From the NCBI GenBank assembly GCA_964618725.1, contig CAZUBK010000001.1, positions 260,908 to 324,907 of the forward strand: DNA of 64,000 bases, given 5' to 3'. Shown one piece after another: positions 27,881 to 37,585 of the stretch. The translations under genes were made by a program, and so were the position numbers. The notes under the pieces were generated by a model, which saw nothing but the letters and a program-made list of their open reading frames with translations, was not told where the DNA came from and did no database searches. Position 1 is the stretch's first letter. Each line of letters begins with the position of its first letter. Source of the stretch: an uncultured Pseudomonadales bacterium (GTDB lineage Bacteria > Patescibacteriota > Microgenomatia > UBA1400 > Chazhemtobacteraceae).

Positions 27881-28990
27881 TCATTTTAACTTGATAGATT
27901 TAAGAATGATACTAAGAAGCCCTCCAGTCAGGAGATAGAGACTAGGGAAGATGACCAAGAGATGGCGGGGATAGACGGCTTCGAAGGAGAAGAGAAATAA
28001 GGAGAAAATGAGCCAAAGGACGAGGGGAAGAAAAAACAAATTCTTCCGAATTAAATAGTAAAAACTGGTAAAAAGACTACTGATAAGCAGGACTGGCCAG
28101 CCAGGCCACCAAAAAGGGGTGGAGATGATAGCCTCTTTCTCCCACCAAGTGTGCCAACGATTCATGAAAATTAGGTCGAAGACTTGGAGAGGTGGAACCT
28201 GGGGGCTGCCGGCCCACCAGGACAAGACGTAGCGCTGATACCTAAAGAACTCGAGAGGTGAGGGGTGATAAAAGAAATAGGTAAGATGGCCAAGGAAAAA
28301 ACCAAGAAGAATGAAGCTTAGGGCAGCAGTGTGCTGAAGAAATAACTTGAACTTGCCGGTAAAGACGGTGACAAGAAGAAGACTACCAAGGAGAGGGAAC
28401 CCGACGGGGAAGAACTTGGTAGCGAGAGCTAGCCCAAGAAAGAGCTGAGACAGAGCGATTTTGAGAAAGTGGGGACGCTTGAACCACGAGAGATAGAAAT
28501 ACAGTCCAGTAAGAGAAAAAACCAGAAGATAAATGTCGAGAAGGGAAGTAGTCAATTGATCGATGAAGAGCGGCTCGAATGAGAAGAGGCTGGTTAGAAT
28601 CAAACTGAGGAGGGGGGGGAGACCAAGGAGACAAGCAATGGAGTAAAGAAGCCAAAGAGCGAGTAAACCAAAGATCGGGGCAAAGAAGTAAGGATTACTA
28701 AAGAAGATAATGGAGAGACCGATTAGGTACTTGCCAAGGGGTGGATGGCCGGGAGTAAGTTGATGAAGATCTTTTCCGTGGATGAGGAAATAGCCTTCGG
28801 TGGCGTAAAGCTCTTCATCAGAAAGGATATAGCTGGCGCGAATTTTCCCATAGGAAGAGTTGAAATAGCGGTCCTCGGCTACTTTGGAATTAAAGGGTTG
28901 AAGGTAAATCTGGCGATGGGAAAAAAGAAAGAGACCAAAGTAGATGACTAAACTTCCAAGAAGTAAATAGAAGAGTTTGCCCGCCTTCAT
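27881..28990 (-). CDS. Protein O-mannosyltransferase-like GT-C enzyme (GT39 / PMT family)
   Basis: Loop-1 signature SDEELYATEGYFLIHGKDLHQLTPGHPPLGKYLIG (DE motif plus HPPxxK, as in Pmt1 DEVHFG...HPPFAKML). Polytopic, 369 aa. Confidence 0.7.
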   Translation of the reverse strand: MKAGKLFYLLLGSLVIYFGLFLFSHRQIYLQPFNSKVAEDRYFNSSYGKIRASYILSDEELYATEGYFLIHGKDLHQLTPGHPPLGKYLIGLSIIFFSNPYFFAPIFGLLALWLLYSIACLLGLPPLLSLILTSLFSFEPLFIDQLTTSLLDIYLLVFSLTGLYFYLSWFKRPHFLKIALSQLFLGLALATKFFPVGFPLLGSLLLVTVFTGKFKLFLQHTAALSFILLGFFLGHLTYFFYHPSPLEFFRYQRYVLSWWAGSPQVPPLQVFDLIFMNRWHTWWEKEAIISTPFWWPGWPVLLISSLFTSFYYLIRKNLFFLPLVLWLIFSLFLFSFEAVYPRHLLVIFPSLYLLTGGLLSIILKSIKLK

Positions 28991-30532
28991 TTATTTAAGT
29001 ATCTGATAAAACTGGAGGGTCTCGTGAGTACCGTCGGGTCGGAGGGGCTTTTCATACTCTGCAATCAACTTGACGTGATTTTGTAGATCTATTGGAGGCA
29101 AGTTATTGCGACTTTGGTTAACCACAAGGTAGACTTCATTTTCGACAAGAGCGTTTCTCAGAGACTCGGGAATTCTTCCGATAGGTTGGCCGATACCAAG
29201 AATGACAATATTGGGATGTCCCTCGGTGTATATTTGCAGGCCATCGGGTAAGGTGCCAAAGAAGCCTTCGGTGCCGACGAGGATTTTTGTCGTTGAGGGA
29301 CGAGCTTTTTTAAGATACTGCGCGACTAGATCTTGACCATAGCCGGCGGTCCATTCTTGGAAGTAGCCGTATTTCATGTTTTGGGGAATGGGGGCAGCTG
29401 GTGGATTAGTCAACAAAAGCAAGTCTTTGTAGCTTGCAAAAAGCAGTATCAGAAGGAAGAGGCCTGAAACGACTTTCTTGAGCGATTTGTGTTTTAGTTC
29501 TTCGAGGGCCAAACCGATGATGATGAGAAGTGGAGGAATGGTGAAGAGAAAATAGCGTGAAGTATAGGCCTTGGCAATAGAGGCCTGAAAGAGAATGGGT
29601 AGAAGTGACCAAAGGAAGAGGGATAGTTTGTAACTGCGGAAGGGCTTGAGAAAAAGTGATAAAAGAAGGAGACCGATGGCTGGCCAAGTGATGAGAGAGA
29701 TAAGCCAGCTAATGGAGTCGGTAAAGTGACCGATGAAAGGATTAAGAGGGTGACTAAGCACCTCGGCGAAAGAGAAAACGTAATCCTTGTTTCTTATGGC
29801 GATCATTTGAAAGTTGGGACCAAGACGAAGGATGTTATACATGGCAAAAACGATCACTAAGGCCACTAACCAACCACCAAGTAGTTTGAGTGCGATTACA
29901 CGATTAATCTTCTTTAGATTGAGAAGGAGAAAGAGTTGGAGAGGGAGGAAATACCAACCGGGCGATTTGGTTAAGACGGCACCACCAAGAATCATACCAA
30001 GCAGCAGGGCCAGATCGAGTCGTTGGTAATGAACGAAAAGTAGCCCGAGGAAAAAAGACCAGATGGCGAACATAGAAAGGAGGGAGTCGGCAAGCGCCAT
30101 GCGATCAAAGAAGAGAGTGAAAGGGGTAAGAATGTACAAAAGCAAAACGACAAAAATGGCTTTTTTGGACCGACTAATGTACCAAGTCAGACTGCTCAGA
30201 CCTATAAGTGAACCAAGTCCGGCAAGAATCGAGGTAAAGCGACCAGCGACAAGAGGATCGGAAAAAAGCTTGAACATCGGGATGGTCAGCCACATGAAGA
30301 GGGGCTGCTTGCCATCAGAAAGGGGTAAGAAACGAAGGGTCGGTTCTGTTCTCATTACTTGAGACCAGCGAATATAGATGGCCTCATCGACAAAGACGGG
30401 AATGAGGGTGAGATGAAAGAGTCTGGTAACTAAGTAAAGAATGATTAAGGCGGAGAAAATTAAGAGAAACTTGAGTTGGAGTAGTTTTTTCAGGTCAGTG
30501 GCTAGATTATTCATATTTGCCAAGTAAATCAT
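28991..30532 (-). CDS. ArnT-like GT-C glycosyltransferase (GT83/GT39-like)
   Basis: FVDEAIYIRWSQVMR...LSDGKQPLFMWLTIPMF matches the ArnT pattern DE.RYAE...KPPLLYW. 513 aa, polytopic. Start abuts the stop of 27881..28990. Confidence 0.7.
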   Translation of the reverse strand: MIYLANMNNLATDLKKLLQLKFLLIFSALIILYLVTRLFHLTLIPVFVDEAIYIRWSQVMRTEPTLRFLPLSDGKQPLFMWLTIPMFKLFSDPLVAGRFTSILAGLGSLIGLSSLTWYISRSKKAIFVVLLLYILTPFTLFFDRMALADSLLSMFAIWSFFLGLLFVHYQRLDLALLLGMILGGAVLTKSPGWYFLPLQLFLLLNLKKINRVIALKLLGGWLVALVIVFAMYNILRLGPNFQMIAIRNKDYVFSFAEVLSHPLNPFIGHFTDSISWLISLITWPAIGLLLLSLFLKPFRSYKLSLFLWSLLPILFQASIAKAYTSRYFLFTIPPLLIIIGLALEELKHKSLKKVVSGLFLLILLFASYKDLLLLTNPPAAPIPQNMKYGYFQEWTAGYGQDLVAQYLKKARPSTTKILVGTEGFFGTLPDGLQIYTEGHPNIVILGIGQPIGRIPESLRNALVENEVYLVVNQSRNNLPPIDLQNHVKLIAEYEKPLRPDGTHETLQFYQILK

Positions 30533-31253
30533 TCTTCTTGACTCTTAAAATTTGCTTGAGCATGTCCACTGATTCTGTGAGGAAGTTTTTGTCCTTCCCT
30601 GTACTAACATCACGGTCTTTCCAATCAACTTTGACTTCCTTGAGTTTGTAGCCAGCTTTCTCAACAAGAAAAAGTAGCTCGACATCAAAGGCAGAGACGA
30701 CCCAACCCTTGGCTTGTTTTTGGCGAGATAGGATCTCAAGTTTGGGGAAAAGTTGCTTGGCGACTTTTGTCTTGAATGACTTGAAGCCACATTGGGTGTC
30801 AACAACAGGACGCAGGAGAAGAAAACGTCTAAAGGTGAGAAAAGAGAAGGCCATAATCTTCCTGATCATAGAAGCGTCGCGTTTGCTGCCACGAGAGCCG
30901 AAGACAACATCGAAGCCTTCCTCATACCCAGGGAGGAGTTTCTCTATTTCGGCTAACGGAGTGCTTTGGTCCATGTCGGTAAAAAGAACAATATCGTGTT
31001 TCGCCTTTTGGATGCCCGCCCAGACAGCGGCGGCCTTACCGCCATGCGGATTGTTCAAAACAGTAAAACCTTTATGTTTTTTGGCAAAATCTTCGGCAAG
31101 TTCTCGACTTCCATCACTACTACCGTCGTCGGAAATAATGACTTCCCAGGAGAAATTGGCTGTCTTCAAATATTGGTTGACTTGGTCGAGGACGCCGCGC
31201 TGCAGATTCTCTTTTTCGTTGTAGTTGGGGATCACAATAGAAACGGAAAGCAT
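30507..31253 (-). CDS. Polyprenyl-phosphate sugar synthase, GT2 (Dpm1/GtrB/ArnC-like)
   Basis: MLSVSIVIPNYNEKENL...VIISDDGSSDGS...FTDMDQSTP (DXD). 248 aa, soluble. Overlaps the downstream ArnT-like gene by 26 nt. Confidence 0.8.
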   Translation of the reverse strand: MLSVSIVIPNYNEKENLQRGVLDQVNQYLKTANFSWEVIISDDGSSDGSRELAEDFAKKHKGFTVLNNPHGGKAAAVWAGIQKAKHDIVLFTDMDQSTPLAEIEKLLPGYEEGFDVVFGSRGSKRDASMIRKIMAFSFLTFRRFLLLRPVVDTQCGFKSFKTKVAKQLFPKLEILSRQKQAKGWVVSAFDVELLFLVEKAGYKLKEVKVDWKDRDVSTGKDKNFLTESVDMLKQILRVKKNDLLGKYE

Positions 31254-31270
31254 GGTTTGATTGTATCAGC

Positions 31271-32260
31271 TTAGAGCTTGCCTTGAGATTTGAGAAGATT
31301 GACCGTGTTGAGAAACTCTCGCTTGGCTTCTTGCAGAGTGCCCTGGAAACGAAACCCGGCGGAAGCCTTATGCCCACCACCACTTAAGCGTTGTGCAATT
31401 TGCTGGACATCGGTTTGTGGAAGCCGAGCACGAAGAGTCCCTCCCACGATGCCAGGTTTTTTTTCGACAAGAATGGCGCCAAACTTGGTGTCAGCGATCT
31501 GACCCAAGAACTGATTGGCGAAGAGGGCAATTTTAGTCGCAGGGTTAACCTGTTCCCATGTTTGTTGGTCAATGGCAAGATAGACAAAGTCTTGCTCTTC
31601 AGATAATTCGAGGTGATCAAGAAGAATCCCCCAGGACTGAAACTCGTAAAAAGGAATACTTCTCTGCAGCTGAACCAGGCATAATTGATAGTCACCACCC
31701 TTTTTAATTAGTTCGGAAACAATTGTGAATATTTTGGCATTAGTATTGAAGTTCTGAAAACAACCAGTATCGCCTAAGATACCAAAGAGTAGACAAGTGG
31801 CAATATCCTTACTGATACCGATATTGAGTTTTTGAATGAGATGAAAGATCATCTCCGCCGTTGAAGAAGCATCTATCTCAGACCAGGTGACTTGTCCGAG
31901 AATAGCGGGATCGAGGTGATGATCGACAACTAGAATGGGTTGGGGAAAGACCGGCACTGGAGTACTGCGGGTAAGGAGACCGAAGATAGGGGTGTCGAGA
32001 GCGAGATAGTAGTCGTGAGGGAAGGTAGCCAGAGCCTCGGACAATGGCATTTGTTTGACTGACTCAATACCGGGCAGGAAAGTAGCAAATTCGGGAATCT
32101 CATCTTCGCAGAAGACTTCCATTACCTTACCCTCTGATTCTAGAGCTAGTCTGAGAGCAAGAGCAGAACCGATGGTGTCGGCATCAGGGCTTAGGTGAAT
32201 GTGGGCCAAGAAACTGGCTGAGCTATTGACTTTGGAAAGGAGTGGCTTGGGGATACGCAT
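31271..32260 (-). CDS. nrnA: DHH-family phosphoesterase (NrnA-like oligoribonuclease / pAp phosphatase)
   Basis: HLSPDADTIGSALAL (DHH motif I/II region), ILVVDHHLDP (DHH motif III), and a C-terminal DHHA1-like GGGH motif (LSGGGHKASAGF). Confidence 0.7.
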   Translation of the reverse strand: MRIPKPLLSKVNSSASFLAHIHLSPDADTIGSALALRLALESEGKVMEVFCEDEIPEFATFLPGIESVKQMPLSEALATFPHDYYLALDTPIFGLLTRSTPVPVFPQPILVVDHHLDPAILGQVTWSEIDASSTAEMIFHLIQKLNIGISKDIATCLLFGILGDTGCFQNFNTNAKIFTIVSELIKKGGDYQLCLVQLQRSIPFYEFQSWGILLDHLELSEEQDFVYLAIDQQTWEQVNPATKIALFANQFLGQIADTKFGAILVEKKPGIVGGTLRARLPQTDVQQIAQRLSGGGHKASAGFRFQGTLQEAKREFLNTVNLLKSQGKL

Positions 32261-32277
32261 TGCCCTATTCTACCAGG

Positions 32278-33822
32278 CTATTTCGTATGTACCATCTTGT
32301 AGATCTTGATCGAATCGATTTGCCACGCTTGGACGATGGTGGAGGGACCAAAGACGGCGATTTGCCACTGCGAGTTGCCCTCAGGTTGACATTTATCACC
32401 GTCTTCGCAGACAACAAAGATCTGGTCAACGACTCGCTCTTCGCCCCTGATCATACGGGCCTTCTTGTTTTCGAGAAAATAGCGATATGATTCATCATAG
32501 TTTTGCTTGGCAATCAGGCCGAAGTTGAAGTCTTGCTCATTAGACTCTTTGATGATCAAATCAACGACCTTCTCAGTTCTTTGGAGTTGGCGATTGGGTT
32601 CTTGTTTAAGAGGGGAGTAATAAACGGCGTGATAGAGAAGGCAACCTAAAAAGACGATGGATAGGGCCTTGAAAAGGAAATGCTTTTGCTGCCAGAGAAA
32701 GGCGAGGAGGAAGCCGACGAGAAGGTAGACAGCGGGAAAAAGAAAACCAAAGTAATGGGCGTAGATGTGTTGCTTGTAGATTCCAAGACCCAAAATGGCG
32801 AAACCAATCCAAGTGAGAAGTAGAATCAGAGCTGGGTCTTTTTTGGTTTTAAGATCTTTGAGGGAGATCTTGAACTTGCCAAAAAAAGCCCAAAAGAAGG
32901 TGATGGCAATAATTAGGGCGGTCAGGGAGGAATAAATGAGTTGACGACCCAAAAGTAGCTCAGCAACAATGGATTGAATGGCTGGGAGGAAGCGATCGGA
33001 ACGGGCGGGATTAAGATTAACGGTGGTCTGGCGGTTCCCGAAAAAGGCCTTAAAGGCATTGAGATTCTGACCACTATGCTTGAGATCAAAAAGAACAAGG
33101 GGTGACATTAAGACTAAGAAAGAGATTAGGGCGATTGCGGTGGAGACAAGGAGAGATTTTTTTGAAATAACACTTGCCCGAGCTTGCCTAAAGGTGAGAA
33201 ACCAGAAAACAACAAGAGTGGGAATGAGCAAGAGACCTAGGTAGTGCATCTGAAGGGCAAAGGCTAAAGAAGTGCCTACAATGGGCAGCCAGCGAAAATT
33301 CTTGTTTTGCCAGACTTGCCAGATACCCCAAATACATAGAAGAGAAAAGAAAGGCATAGGGTTAGGATTCCAAGAAGCACGACCATAAATGATGGCAACA
33401 GGAGAAATGGCAAAAAGAAAAGCTGCAAGTAGACCAGTGAGGGGATTAAACCAAGTGCGACCAACCCACCAGGCGAAGAGAACGGTGACAGTGCTCAAAA
33501 AGGCAATCATAATCGCCGGACCAACGGGACTAAGTCCTGAGAACCAAAGGGCAGGGGCCATCATGTAGTAGTAGAGAGGGCCAAGATACATATTGCCAAT
33601 GGAAGTCATGGGGCCGATAAAAACCAGGTCTCCTTTGGTGATTAGGTCTCTAACGATTCGAACATCGCGACCTTCGTCGCCAAGGAAAGTCAGATACCCA
33701 TCAATCTTCCAGAGACGAAGGGCGAGGGCGAGAAAGAAGATAAAAAAGATAGTGATCAGCTCAAGTCGGTGTTGGTTGAGGAACTTGAAAATACTTTTCA
33801 TGCCAGATTGAGGTGATACCAA
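32278..33822 (-). CDS. GT-C fold membrane glycosyltransferase, PMT_2/ArnT-like paralog
   Basis: LGDEGRDVRIVRDLITKGDLVFIGPMTSIGNMYLGPLYYY. 514 aa, polytopic. Confidence 0.7.
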   Translation of the reverse strand: MVSPQSGMKSIFKFLNQHRLELITIFFIFFLALALRLWKIDGYLTFLGDEGRDVRIVRDLITKGDLVFIGPMTSIGNMYLGPLYYYMMAPALWFSGLSPVGPAIMIAFLSTVTVLFAWWVGRTWFNPLTGLLAAFLFAISPVAIIYGRASWNPNPMPFFSLLCIWGIWQVWQNKNFRWLPIVGTSLAFALQMHYLGLLLIPTLVVFWFLTFRQARASVISKKSLLVSTAIALISFLVLMSPLVLFDLKHSGQNLNAFKAFFGNRQTTVNLNPARSDRFLPAIQSIVAELLLGRQLIYSSLTALIIAITFFWAFFGKFKISLKDLKTKKDPALILLLTWIGFAILGLGIYKQHIYAHYFGFLFPAVYLLVGFLLAFLWQQKHFLFKALSIVFLGCLLYHAVYYSPLKQEPNRQLQRTEKVVDLIIKESNEQDFNFGLIAKQNYDESYRYFLENKKARMIRGEERVVDQIFVVCEDGDKCQPEGNSQWQIAVFGPSTIVQAWQIDSIKIYKMVHTK

Positions 33823-34499
33823 AGTTTAAGTGACTCTTTGAAGGCACGGAGGATGACTTTGAAGTTGGCGCCTGTCTGGGTGCCAGCAGTGCGGGGGTAG
33901 TGGTGGACACCGATTTGCTTGAGGCGAAAGCCCTTTTGTTTGACTTTAATGAGAAACTCAGCAGAGGTAAGAGCAGACTCAGTCTTAAGATCAATCTCAT
34001 CTATGACCTGTTTTTTGATGATCTTAAAGGCACAGTCAATATCTTTGACCCAGAGGCCAAAGAGGAAATAGATCCAAAGCTTCCAGATGAAGGCATTAAG
34101 GGAGCGAAGGAAGCTGTCTTGACGCTTGATTCTGTAACCAATGACTAGATCGTATTTGGAGAGATGGGGGCTAAGCTTCTTGATCTCGGAATAGTCGAAT
34201 TGACCATCGGAGTCGATAAAAGAGACAAACTCGTGTTGGCTTCCATAAAGACCAGTCTTAAAGGCGCCACCGTAACCCTTATTTGGTTTATGTTGAATCA
34301 GACGAATATGCTTGTTCTTAACCATCAATCCTTTGACAATCTTGGCGGTATCGTCTTTGCTACCATCGTCAACAACTAAGATCTCGTATTCATTAGCAAC
34401 ATCTTTGAGGACTTTATCGGCGTCTGTGACAGTCTTGGTAATATTGGCTGCTTCATTGTAGGCGGGGAGAAACAAACTAAGGGAAGACAGTTTTGACAT
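33798..34499 (-). CDS. Polyprenyl-phosphate sugar synthase, GT2 (Dpm1/GtrB/ArnC-like)
   Basis: LSLFLPAYNEAANI...ILVVDDGSKDDT...FIDSDGQF. 233 aa. Overlaps the downstream GT-C gene by 25 nt, the classic ArnC-ArnT / GtrB-GtrC arrangement. Confidence 0.8.
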   Translation of the reverse strand: MSKLSSLSLFLPAYNEAANITKTVTDADKVLKDVANEYEILVVDDGSKDDTAKIVKGLMVKNKHIRLIQHKPNKGYGGAFKTGLYGSQHEFVSFIDSDGQFDYSEIKKLSPHLSKYDLVIGYRIKRQDSFLRSLNAFIWKLWIYFLFGLWVKDIDCAFKIIKKQVIDEIDLKTESALTSAEFLIKVKQKGFRLKQIGVHHYPRTAGTQTGANFKVILRAFKESLKLWYHLNLA

Positions 34500-35662
34500 A
34501 CGGCTATGATAGCATTAAGACTATGAAGCGCTTCGTTGGGATTTTAGGGTTGGTTGTGGCATCAGCGGTGGTTTTTTGGTTGCCGTTTGTGGCTAAAGTG
34601 AATAGCCTTCCGGGATGGGGGATAAACTTTTCTCCCGGGATGGAGAAGGTGTTTGCTAATTTTGACGGACCAAATTACTTAATCGTGGCAAAGAGCTGGT
34701 ATGACAAATCTTTTATTGGCCATACATTCTCTAATCCACTCCCTTTAGAGTATTATCCCGCTCATTTACCATTATACCCCTTTCTTGTTTGGCTGGCTGA
34801 CGTGGTGTTGCCTGGGACATGGGCGATGCTACTGGTTACCCTTGTTGGTTCGATCCTGATGTTTGGTATGTTTTTTATTTTTGTAAAAGAGGTCGTTAGT
34901 GAGAAGACAGCCTGGTGGCTTAGCTTAACACTATTAGTATTGCCAGCCAGACTACTAACAGTGCGAATGGTTGGGTCTCCGGAGCCTTGGTTTATTTTCT
35001 TTGTCTTGGCGACGCTATATCTATACCGGAAAGAGAAATATCTTTTGGCTGGAATAGCGGGAGTAGCAGCGCAATGGACAAAGAGTCCGGCGATTTTGCT
35101 TTTTGTGGGTCTTTGCCTGTATCACTGTTATCGATTTAGAGATAGCTTGTTTAGTGCGTCGAGCTGGAAGCAAATGCTCAAATCCTGGCCGATTCTATTA
35201 ATGCCATTAAGTGTATTGCCTTTGTTTTATTTCTATCAAGTTAGAACGGGCGACTTTTGGGCGTATTTTAATAGTGGAGATAATTTTCATTTGTTTTTTC
35301 CACCCTTCAGCATCTTTTCGCCCAAGGGACAGTTTTGGACGGGCGAGTTCTGGCTTGAGGAAATTGTTTGGATCTGGCTGGTCTATGGAATGGGGGTATT
35401 GAGGCTCTGGAAGAAGGACCTTAGGCTGGAGGCAATATTCGCTGGAGTCTTTTTCTTTTCGACCTTATTTGTCGCCCACCGCGACATAGCGCGCTATATT
35501 CTTCCCATCGCTCCATTAGTGCTACTGGGTTGGAAGGAAATTATTGTAAGTAAAGAGTTTCGATGGCTGCTACTCTTGATGATTATCCCGGTGTATCTCT
35601 TCTCCTGGAACTTTGTTTTGAATAACGTAGCTCCAGTAGCTGACTGGACACCGTATCTTTAA
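34493..35662 (+). CDS. Polytopic membrane protein (389 aa), putative GT-C-type mannosyltransferase-like
   Basis: About 10-11 TM helices with periplasmic-loop aromatic motifs. Divergent from the GT2 gene at 33798..34499. Confidence 0.55.
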   Translation: MTYGYDSIKTMKRFVGILGLVVASAVVFWLPFVAKVNSLPGWGINFSPGMEKVFANFDGPNYLIVAKSWYDKSFIGHTFSNPLPLEYYPAHLPLYPFLVWLADVVLPGTWAMLLVTLVGSILMFGMFFIFVKEVVSEKTAWWLSLTLLVLPARLLTVRMVGSPEPWFIFFVLATLYLYRKEKYLLAGIAGVAAQWTKSPAILLFVGLCLYHCYRFRDSLFSASSWKQMLKSWPILLMPLSVLPLFYFYQVRTGDFWAYFNSGDNFHLFFPPFSIFSPKGQFWTGEFWLEEIVWIWLVYGMGVLRLWKKDLRLEAIFAGVFFFSTLFVAHRDIARYILPIAPLVLLGWKEIIVSKEFRWLLLLMIIPVYLFSWNFVLNNVAPVADWTPYL

Positions 35663-35714
35663 TATAGTAGAATATTACGAGTTCTATGAAAAACTTAGGA
35701 TAAGGAGTAGATAA

Positions 35715-36008
35715 ATGGACATTGGAGCGGTACTCGACGGAGCACTGATGACTAGCCTATTGCTAATAGTACTCATCATAATAGTATGGTTCGTGTTGCC
35801 CAAAATTTTGGACCTAATTCCCTGGTTGCCACTGTCAACAATGGTGGCAGGGACGTTGATCATGACCGCCGTGGCGATTGTCAGTTGGGCTTTAGTTGTC
35901 GCGCTTTTACAGATGACTGAGCCATTACTTTGGTTCGTTTTGGGTGGCTCGACGGCGGGAATGCTGGGTGGATTGGTCTTTGGATCAGTACGTAGGTGGT
36001 ATCGGTAA
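35715..36008 (+). CDS. Small membrane protein (97 aa)
   Basis: AAGGAG-N7-ATG. Three hydrophobic helices. The stop overlaps the next start (TAATG). Confidence 0.5.
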   Translation: MDIGAVLDGALMTSLLLIVLIIIVWFVLPKILDLIPWLPLSTMVAGTLIMTAVAIVSWALVVALLQMTEPLLWFVLGGSTAGMLGGLVFGSVRRWYR

Positions 36009-36271
36009 TGGATTCATTCTACCTTGGTCTTCTCGTTGGTTTAATCTCGGTTGTGACCCTTGTGATCATCGCCGCCTGTGGGATACTTTTGTTCCCAAGC
36101 CAGTTAAAGTCTGCACTCCTTGGTGGATTGCTTGGTGCACTGATTGGCACACTGACTGGTTTAATTGGGGGTGCCTTCGTTAACTGGGAATTGAGTTTCC
36201 TCTGGGGTACTGTACTTGGCGGAGCTGGCTTAGGTGCCTTGATTGGTTTGGTCGTCGAAACTATCGAGTGA
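36008..36271 (+). CDS. Small glycine-zipper membrane protein (~87 aa)
   Basis: The ATG at 36008 overlaps the upstream stop (the track start at 35996 is GTG). GxxxG-rich: GGLLGALIGTLTGLIGGAF...GGAGLGALIGLVV. Confidence 0.45.
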   Translation: MDSFYLGLLVGLISVVTLVIIAACGILLFPSQLKSALLGGLLGALIGTLTGLIGGAFVNWELSFLWGTVLGGAGLGALIGLVVETIE

Positions 36272-36305
36272 AGTATCTTCGGGACTAGGTAACTAGTCCC
36301 TTTTT

Positions 36306-37535
36306 TTACTTGTTTTTCCAAATGAAGAGGTGGTACATAGTCCAGTTGTAGGGAATGATAAGAAAGCCAATGGAAAGAATGAGCGAGCCTTGGCGAACCA
36401 AGGTGGTGTCACCGAAAAGAACGGTGGCGAGACCTATGACGATGAACTGAATAACAACAGCACCAAAGGAGGTGAGGTTGAACTGGAGGAGTTTGTAGAG
36501 GAAACGGAAGGGGTTGGTGATTCTCTCTGAAGCGAAAGTCCAGAAGTTATTTAAGATAAAATTGCTGATAATAGCCAGCTCAGCAGCCAGCGCCCCGGAC
36601 CATGAGTTCTCGTTGGCGAGAAGGGAGAGAACAGGGGTATCTTTGAACTGAGAGAAAGAAACAGCAAGAGATTCAACCAGACCGTCTTTGCGGAAGAGTT
36701 CAAGAGTGATGGCATTGATGAGGAAGCCAATAAAACCGACGGTGCCAAATTTGATGAACTTGGGGCTGGTGACTAGTTTAATAAAGGACAGGATGCGAAT
36801 CTTGAAGATGAAAATAAGGATGTGTTTGAGGTATTCCAAGCCGAGTTTGCTTTCGCCTTTGGTACGATCGACAAACTCAATAGGGACTTCGCCAATTTTG
36901 AAACCTTCGAGCATGGTGTTGTAGAGCTGGCCGATTTGCCAGGTATACCCGGAGAAGCCCTTGCTTTGTCGAAGAATTGGCTCGATTCTTTGATGAACTT
37001 GCTTTCTGATAGCACGGTATCCAGTAGTCCAGTCATGGATTCTAAAATTGGTGAGAATGAGTTGGATGAACTTGTTTCCCCCGACGCTGAGTAGTTTACG
37101 ATGGAAGCCCCAGGTAGAGGGAATGGAACCGCCGGGAATGTAACGACTGCCGAGAACGAGATCATAACCGACATCAATCTTCTTTAAGAATGAGGGGATG
37201 TGTTTGGGCTGATGTTGGCCATCGGCGTCAAATTCGAAGGCGACATCGGCCTTGAGATCATCGAAGGCGTAAGCCAAACCTTTAAGATATGCTCCACCAA
37301 GACCGGCCTTTTTCTTATTGAGAAGGAGGTGGAGATTCTTTTTCTTCTTTTGGAGCTTTTTTACAATTTCAGACGTCCCGTCAGGGGAGGTATCATCGAC
37401 TACCAGGATGTGCATGGAGTAGCGCTTAGGCACCTTATCAAAGACAGCCTCAAGCTTCTGGATTGTAGTCTCAATGTTACCAGCCTCGTTGTAGGTGGGA
37501 ATGACGATAACGGCGATTTTCTTGTCTTCGGACAT
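36306..37535 (-). CDS. Dolichyl/polyprenyl-phosphate mannose synthase-like GT2 fused to a GtrA-like C-terminal membrane domain
   Basis: IAVIVIPTYNEAGNI...ILVVDDTSPDGT...FDADGQH (GT2 and DXD), then four TM helices (FIKFGTVGFIGFLINAITLELF...), as in GtrA-containing Ppm1-type enzymes. The likely start is the ATG at 37535 (MSEDKK). The longer track ORF would overlap the 37557..37585 promoter. Confidence 0.75.
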   Translation of the reverse strand: MSEDKKIAVIVIPTYNEAGNIETTIQKLEAVFDKVPKRYSMHILVVDDTSPDGTSEIVKKLQKKKKNLHLLLNKKKAGLGGAYLKGLAYAFDDLKADVAFEFDADGQHQPKHIPSFLKKIDVGYDLVLGSRYIPGGSIPSTWGFHRKLLSVGGNKFIQLILTNFRIHDWTTGYRAIRKQVHQRIEPILRQSKGFSGYTWQIGQLYNTMLEGFKIGEVPIEFVDRTKGESKLGLEYLKHILIFIFKIRILSFIKLVTSPKFIKFGTVGFIGFLINAITLELFRKDGLVESLAVSFSQFKDTPVLSLLANENSWSGALAAELAIISNFILNNFWTFASERITNPFRFLYKLLQFNLTSFGAVVIQFIVIGLATVLFGDTTLVRQGSLILSIGFLIIPYNWTMYHLFIWKNK

Positions 37536-37556
37536 AGGGAAAGTATAACTCAAACA

Positions 37557-37585
37557 TTGACTTTTGGGGGTACTTGTGGTATTAT
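37557..37585 (+). promoter_or_regulatory. Sigma70-like promoter (TTGACT-17-TATTAT) driving the small-membrane-protein operon
   Basis: ttgact at 37557-37562, a 17-nt spacer, tattat at 37580-37585, then AAAGGAGGTG-N4-ATG at 37609. Confidence 0.55.
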
